Part shown: positions 59,966 to 64,000 of the stretch, in pieces | How the letters are laid out: the number at the start of each line of letters is the position of its first letter | Numbering within the stretch: position 1 is the first letter of the stretch | Source: Candidatus Harrisonbacteria bacterium CG10_big_fil_rev_8_21_14_0_10_40_38 | GTDB taxonomy: Bacteria; Patescibacteriota; Minisyncoccia; UBA6257; 1-14-0-10-40-38 | Direction of reading: 5' to 3' | Assembly: GCA_002773535.1 (NCBI GenBank) | Contig: PFAZ01000001.1 | Coordinates: forward strand, 154,806-218,805 | DNA length: 64,000 nucleotides | The notes under the pieces: generated by a model | Database searches by the model: none | Told to the model about the DNA's origin: nothing | The model's input: only the letters and a program-made list of their open reading frames with translations | Program-made: the position numbers and the translations under genes

Positions 59966-59999
59966 CTAGCAAATTTTGACGATCGTCAAAATTTGCTAG
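59966..59999. repeat. 34-bp perfect palindrome CTAGCAAATTTTGACGATCGTCAAAATTTGCTAG (copy 2)
   Basis: Read directly; between the end of the lexA operon and the msrA start. Confidence 0.6.
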
Positions 60000-60061
60000 A
60001 TAAAACCATCAGAAACAAACAGATCATGTCACCCACTAAATTAAAACTATTAAGACTTCAC

Positions 60062-60880
60062 TCAAGAAACTTTTCTTATTATATTTCCATCCACATCTGT
60101 TCTATAAAGATAAGTTCTACCAGCATAAGAAAAAGCAACAGCATACCCGGGTGTCAAAACCGCAGTGCACATTTCCCCTTCCTCCGGCAGACCCAAACAA
60201 CCATCAGGCCAAGTCCGCTCGGACACAGAAACCACTTCAATGTCTTCCACTCTCACTGACAAATCCCCTGCCAACATAGCCCTTGCGCGCATAACAGCAT
60301 TAGAAAAGAAAGAAGCTGAAGGCGAAGCCGATACCAAAGGAGACGTAGTAGGCAAGCAAATCTGTTCAAGCTTACCATCGTTAAACAAATAATATTGCGT
60401 CTTTATGTCCAGCGAATATGAGGGTTTGTTTGATATAGAAAAGTTTTCTTCAGGGTTAACAACGAGTAAACGACTCCCTATCTCATAACTTAAACCAAAA
60501 GAGGAAGGCACGTTATAAGCCAAAATATCTCCCGTCTTCGCGCTAACAATTGCAGAAGACTGACACGAAGTACCACATCCCCACGTAACCACTGTATAAG
60601 CGCCGGCAAAATTAGGACCGTGACTCGCTCCTTCTCTTATTACAGTCCTAAAAAGCTCTGCATCCGGCTTGCTTGAAAAATCAACTTCTACAGGAACACC
60701 ACTAAATGTTTCCGTAGAAGGACTTTTCCGAAACTCCGGTGGGCAAGAAAGTGAAGAAGGCGCCGGAGATTGAGTCGCGGAAGGAGTAGGCGTAACTTGA
60801 AGAGGCGAAAAATTAAAAATCCAAAAAGCCGCAAATATCACGCCCAAACCTAAAACAAAATAAACAAGAAATGAATTCAT
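60062..60880 (-). CDS. membrane-anchored secreted protein co-transcribed with lexA
   Basis: N-terminal TM, Pro/Ser/Thr linker and six Cys; 4-bp gap to lexA. Confidence 0.5.
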   Translation of the reverse strand: MNSFLVYFVLGLGVIFAAFWIFNFSPLQVTPTPSATQSPAPSSLSCPPEFRKSPSTETFSGVPVEVDFSSKPDAELFRTVIREGASHGPNFAGAYTVVTWGCGTSCQSSAIVSAKTGDILAYNVPSSFGLSYEIGSRLLVVNPEENFSISNKPSYSLDIKTQYYLFNDGKLEQICLPTTSPLVSASPSASFFSNAVMRARAMLAGDLSVRVEDIEVVSVSERTWPDGCLGLPEEGEMCTAVLTPGYAVAFSYAGRTYLYRTDVDGNIIRKVS

Positions 60881-60883
60881 AAT

Positions 60884-61555
60884 TTAATAACTTGAATAAA
60901 GCGGCACTATATCGAGATCACCTTTCTGTGGCATACGAATCACATCGATAACTCTACCAAATATTCTATAATCGCGCTGAAGTATGATTGGTTTATATTG
61001 TGGATCCGAAGAAACCGGATGTAAAACTATTGCATTATTAGCAAACTGTATTTTTTTGATAACTGCGCAGTGATCAACGATAGTAACGACAAGATCATTA
61101 TCAGAAACTGCCTGTGTAAGCTCAACAAGAACATAGTCGCTATCACACACACCGGCATCAACCATCGAGTCTCCTATCGCCTTAATACTAACAACATCAT
61201 CACGCCTTTTGCCACACAATAAGTCACTTGCAACACAAATAAAATCTCCAAAATTTCTCTCGGCAAGAACAGACACATTATCACAACCAGCAGAAGCAAT
61301 TACGGGAATATTTACAGTCTCAACTGCATCCGCATATTCTCGTAGTCGAATCCCACGAGCCGCATGCTTCTCACGAAATATAAGACCTTTCTTTTCTAAT
61401 ACAGACAAATATTGCGTCACAGCCCTCGGAGAAGATAAGTTCATGCAGGCCATGAGTTCATTAGTCGTCGGCGACTCACCGGTCTCGATAATGTGTTTTC
61501 TAAGCGACTCATAAAATCTTCTTTGTTTTTGCGTAAGTTGCGCGACTAATGACAT
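60884..61555 (-). CDS. lexA: LexA repressor (S24 peptidase)
   Basis: N-terminal wHTH; Ala-Gly cleavage site (SAGCDN); GDSM Ser and a C-terminal Lys. Confidence 0.85.
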   Translation of the reverse strand: MSLVAQLTQKQRRFYESLRKHIIETGESPTTNELMACMNLSSPRAVTQYLSVLEKKGLIFREKHAARGIRLREYADAVETVNIPVIASAGCDNVSVLAERNFGDFICVASDLLCGKRRDDVVSIKAIGDSMVDAGVCDSDYVLVELTQAVSDNDLVVTIVDHCAVIKKIQFANNAIVLHPVSSDPQYKPIILQRDYRIFGRVIDVIRMPQKGDLDIVPLYSSY

Positions 61556-61565
61556 AAATTTTAAT

Positions 61566-61597
61566 AAATATATAAATAAGCGACTATTTATATATTT
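61566..61597. promoter_or_regulatory. candidate LexA operator: AAATATATAAAT-N8-ATTTATATATTT
   Basis: 12-bp perfect inverted repeat 10-40 bp upstream of the lexA start. Confidence 0.35.
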
Positions 61598-61649
61598 ATA
61601 ATATCAAAATATATAAAACATATACATGTGAATAACTTAAATAAATGAC

Positions 61650-62250
61650 GTCCTCCCCGCACTCCCCTTCGGGATCGTGCGGGGTTTCCTTTAGGCTCCG
61701 CCACTCATGAGAATTCACCAGTTATCTCTTTTCCTCTATCAGCTATGTTTTGACGTTCAATATAGCGACGTATGGTTTCTTCGTTCAAGCCAACGGTAGA
61801 TACAAAGTATCCAGTACTCCACATATTTCCTTTTTCATATATCTGATCAATGAATTTGTACCGCTTCTTGAGTTCATGACTTGAGTATTGTTTTAACTTC
61901 TGTACGACTGAGGAAATGGCATATTTGGGTGGTATTTTCATGAGAATATGCACATGGTCATCACCTGTATTGATTTCATGAAAATACCAGTCTGGGTGGT
62001 AACGTCCTGTGCGGTACAAATTCTTGATCAGATCCGTACGAACATAGTGTTTGAGTATTTTTCTACGATATTTGGTCCCTCAGACTATATGATACTGAAT
62101 CTGATAAACACTGTGGTTTAACTGGCGAATTCTCATGCTAACAGCGTAGCACGCACCTGCGTGCTACGCTCATTCATCCCCGCACTGCGCTCTCTCATTT
62201 CAATAGATGTCTGTACCCTTGGTCGCGACGAGCTTGTGCGGGGTTTCCTG
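61650..62250 (-). mobile_element. IS200/IS605-family insertion sequence (tnpA only) with terminal hairpins
   Basis: Left hairpin CCCCGCAC...GTGCGGGG (61654-61682); 12-bp-stem hairpin AGCGTAGCACGC-acct-GCGTGCTACGCT (62143-62170); repeated GTGCGGGGTTTCCT at 61675 and 62236. Confidence 0.7.
61705..62136 (-). pseudogene. tnpA: IS200-type Y1 (HUH) transposase TnpA with an in-frame TGA replacing the conserved Trp
   Basis: Continuous frame from ATG 62136: MRIRQLNHSVYQIQYHIV-TGA-GTKYRRKILKHYV...GDDHVHILMKIPPKY...WSTGYFVSTVG...IRRYIERQ. The HUH motif and catalytic Tyr are intact. TGA lies at 62079-62081. Confidence 0.7.
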
Positions 62251-62269
62251 AGAGGAAGTAAAAAGCGGC

Positions 62270-62638
62270 TCAAGATTGAGCCGCATCTACCACAGTCATT
62301 GCCTCTTTATGCTTGCAGGCAACAAAAGACCTTATTTTATCAAAAACACTTGGACTATCAGTTGGAGCACCTGTGTCGTCATCTACTGATCTTTCATTCA
62401 AAAAAACAAAAGCGAACTTAATAGGTTTCTCAGTTACCCCAACAACGACTTTCCCAGTAATTTCCTCATTTATATCACCCAGAATATTTCGACGCCAATA
62501 AAGAACATCAATCGAAGAACTACTGAGACGCAAATGGTTCTTTCCTTTAGTCTCTGCAAGACTAAGATCACCCAAAGTTTCAAGTAAATACAAAACCCTA
62601 TCAGCAAGTTCACGAGTCTCTTTACTAGCACAAAGCAT
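62270..62638 (-). CDS. hypothetical protein
   Basis: 122 aa with no motif recognised; abuts the IS end. Confidence 0.4.
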   Translation of the reverse strand: MLCASKETRELADRVLYLLETLGDLSLAETKGKNHLRLSSSSIDVLYWRRNILGDINEEITGKVVVGVTEKPIKFAFVFLNERSVDDDTGAPTDSPSVFDKIRSFVACKHKEAMTVVDAAQS

Positions 62639-62815
62639 TCCCTCTCCTCCAGTCAGGTGTAGTCTCCAAAAGAGTTAGTACTCTTCTGAACACTGCAACC
62701 AACCAAAAACCAGATTTTTAACGATCAAAGCTATATATTTATAGCACAACAAATTAATATCTGTCAATAGACAAAATAATACAAAAATCAAACAAGTCCT
62801 GATAGAATATATTTA

Positions 62816-63778
62816 ATGAAAAACCCAAAAACAGTTCTCGTAACTGGAATCGCAGGTTTTATCGGGTCAAACTTTGTAAAACAATATCAAAAAGAATATC
62901 CAGACGCTGAAATAGTAGGGATAGATGACTTTTCAACTGGCAGAAAAGATGCGGTCAATAGCAATATAATTTTTTATGAGGGATCAGTAGCAGATCTGAT
63001 TTTGCTAGAAAAAATTTTTAGCATGCACAAACCAGAATACATTTTTCACTTCGCAGCATATCCAATGGTTTCGTATACAGTAGAACACCCCACCATAACA
63101 ACGACAGCAAATATAACGGGAACAGTTGCCCTATTAGAAAAAGCGAGAGATTACAAATCAAAAAGATTCGTATTATCTTCATCATGTGCTGTATACGGAA
63201 ATACAAAAACACTCCCCGTAAGTGAGGTAAAAAACCACCCCGCACCCCTGTCGCCATATGGCCTCCAAAAACAGGTTGATGAAATGTTCTGCAAGCTCTT
63301 CAGTGATTTATTTGATATAGACACAGTTTGTTTACGATATTTCAATGTATATGGCCCAGGACAATACGGTGGTTCTGCATATGCGACAGTCATATGTAAT
63401 TGGCTTGAAAATCTTTTTATAAACACATCTAAAAAACCATACATAGAAGGCGACGGCACTCAATCAAGAGATTTTTGCTATGTAGAAGATGTTGTTAATG
63501 CAAATATATTAGCTATGGAAAAAGATAGGGTTTTTAATGGTGAAATTTTTAATATCGGAAGCAGTCAAAGAATAAGCCTTATCGAAATAAAAAATCTTAT
63601 TGAAAAACACTCACAAAAAAAGCTTGAACTCGAAAACCGACCACCTAGATTAGGAGATGTTAAAGACATTTATGCAGATATCAGCAAAGCAAAGGAACAA
63701 CTTGGATACATCCCTAAAACAAGTTTTGAAAAAGGATTACAAGAAACAATTAACTGGTTTAAAACCAGAACTAAATAA
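62816..63778 (+). CDS. NAD-dependent sugar epimerase/dehydratase (SDR family)
   Basis: VLVTGIAGFIGSNF Rossmann motif; SPYGLQK YxxxK active site. Confidence 0.85.
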   Translation: MKNPKTVLVTGIAGFIGSNFVKQYQKEYPDAEIVGIDDFSTGRKDAVNSNIIFYEGSVADLILLEKIFSMHKPEYIFHFAAYPMVSYTVEHPTITTTANITGTVALLEKARDYKSKRFVLSSSCAVYGNTKTLPVSEVKNHPAPLSPYGLQKQVDEMFCKLFSDLFDIDTVCLRYFNVYGPGQYGGSAYATVICNWLENLFINTSKKPYIEGDGTQSRDFCYVEDVVNANILAMEKDRVFNGEIFNIGSSQRISLIEIKNLIEKHSQKKLELENRPPRLGDVKDIYADISKAKEQLGYIPKTSFEKGLQETINWFKTRTK

Positions 63779-63965
63779 CTTTATTACCCACCATCCTTCG
63801 ATAAACCAGATACGAATAAACAGCTGTTGTTATAACAATCGCCACAATAAGAGAAATAAGTATTACAAATGAAGCCTTTCCGTCTTTAAAAAATACTCCC
63901 AGTAAAGAAATAACCGCCGCTGCTCTAAAAAGATTCCCGCCCAAAACATGCGTCTTCTCCCACAC
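63771..63965 (-). CDS. small membrane protein (tentative, near window end)
   Basis: Two predicted TM helices; overlaps the epimerase stop. Confidence 0.25.
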   Translation of the reverse strand: MWEKTHVLGGNLFRAAAVISLLGVFFKDGKASFVILISLIVAIVITTAVYSYLVYRRMVGNKVI

Positions 63966-64000
63966 AAAATCATTACTTAAAGTCCAAGGCGTCCTTATCC

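Noticed and set aside
62270-62638. Possibility that the 122-aa ORF next to the IS is a TnpB (OrfB) fragment
   Set aside because: It has no CxxC zinc-finger pairs and no RuvC-like D/E motifs. It is kept as a hypothetical protein.
1-64000. CRISPR arrays and rRNA genes
   Set aside because: No regularly spaced direct repeats with unique spacers were seen. The repeated AGTTGTAAGTT tracts are irregular and AT-rich, not a repeat-spacer array. No rRNA-like conserved blocks were seen.

Overview
Low-GC (by eye about 35-40%) bacterial chromosome segment with densely packed, mostly minus-strand genes. The gene content resembles a Patescibacteria/CPR-like organism, but that assignment is an inference. 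Standard genetic code is supported: RF2 is present, and TGA ends msrA at the expected length.

Recognisable core genes:
- rpmA and rplI.
- def and fmt.
- The str operon rpsL-rpsG-fusA.
- lepA, aspS, ndk, a DEAD-box helicase, ftsE/ftsX, xseA/xseB, rsmE, msrA, lexA.
- A short RF2 homolog.
- Three tRNAs: Gln-CTG, Thr-CGT, Gly-CCC.

Functional clusters:
- A type IV pilus-like locus at 6.6-13.0 kb with pilB, pilC, three prepilin-type proteins and a PilX-like protein.
- A copper module: tRNA-Gly, csoR, a Met-rich membrane protein, a CopB-type P1B ATPase.
- A thiol-disulfide module with two CcdA/DsbD-like membrane proteins flanking Cys-containing secreted proteins and a DUF1573 protein.
- A ferric-reductase/NOX-family flavocytochrome and a cytochrome b5-like protein.

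Most unusual features:
1. A ~540 bp cassette at 53.09-53.63 kb bounded by ~63 bp imperfect terminal inverted repeats. It encloses a sharply GC-rich core of about 60% GC that carries a 65-codon gene with a strong SD. A tyrosine recombinase gene lies immediately adjacent.
2. A second GC-rich insert at about 27.1-27.85 kb. It carries a 157-codon gene with its own terminator and palindromic flanks. It sits inside a broader 27.0-29.4 kb stretch of moderately elevated GC.
3. An IS200/IS605-type tnpA flanked by hairpins, with an in-frame TGA at the position where a conserved Trp is expected.
4. A perfect-palindrome repeat family, core TTTTGACGATCGTCAAAA, in three copies with compensatory palindromic flanks.
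5. A dispersed ~150-190 bp intergenic repeat in two long copies plus many short AGTTGTAAGTT-type tracts.

Several long GC-elevated intergenic regions are candidate structured ncRNAs that I could not classify without covariance-model searches. No CRISPR array and no rRNA genes were seen.
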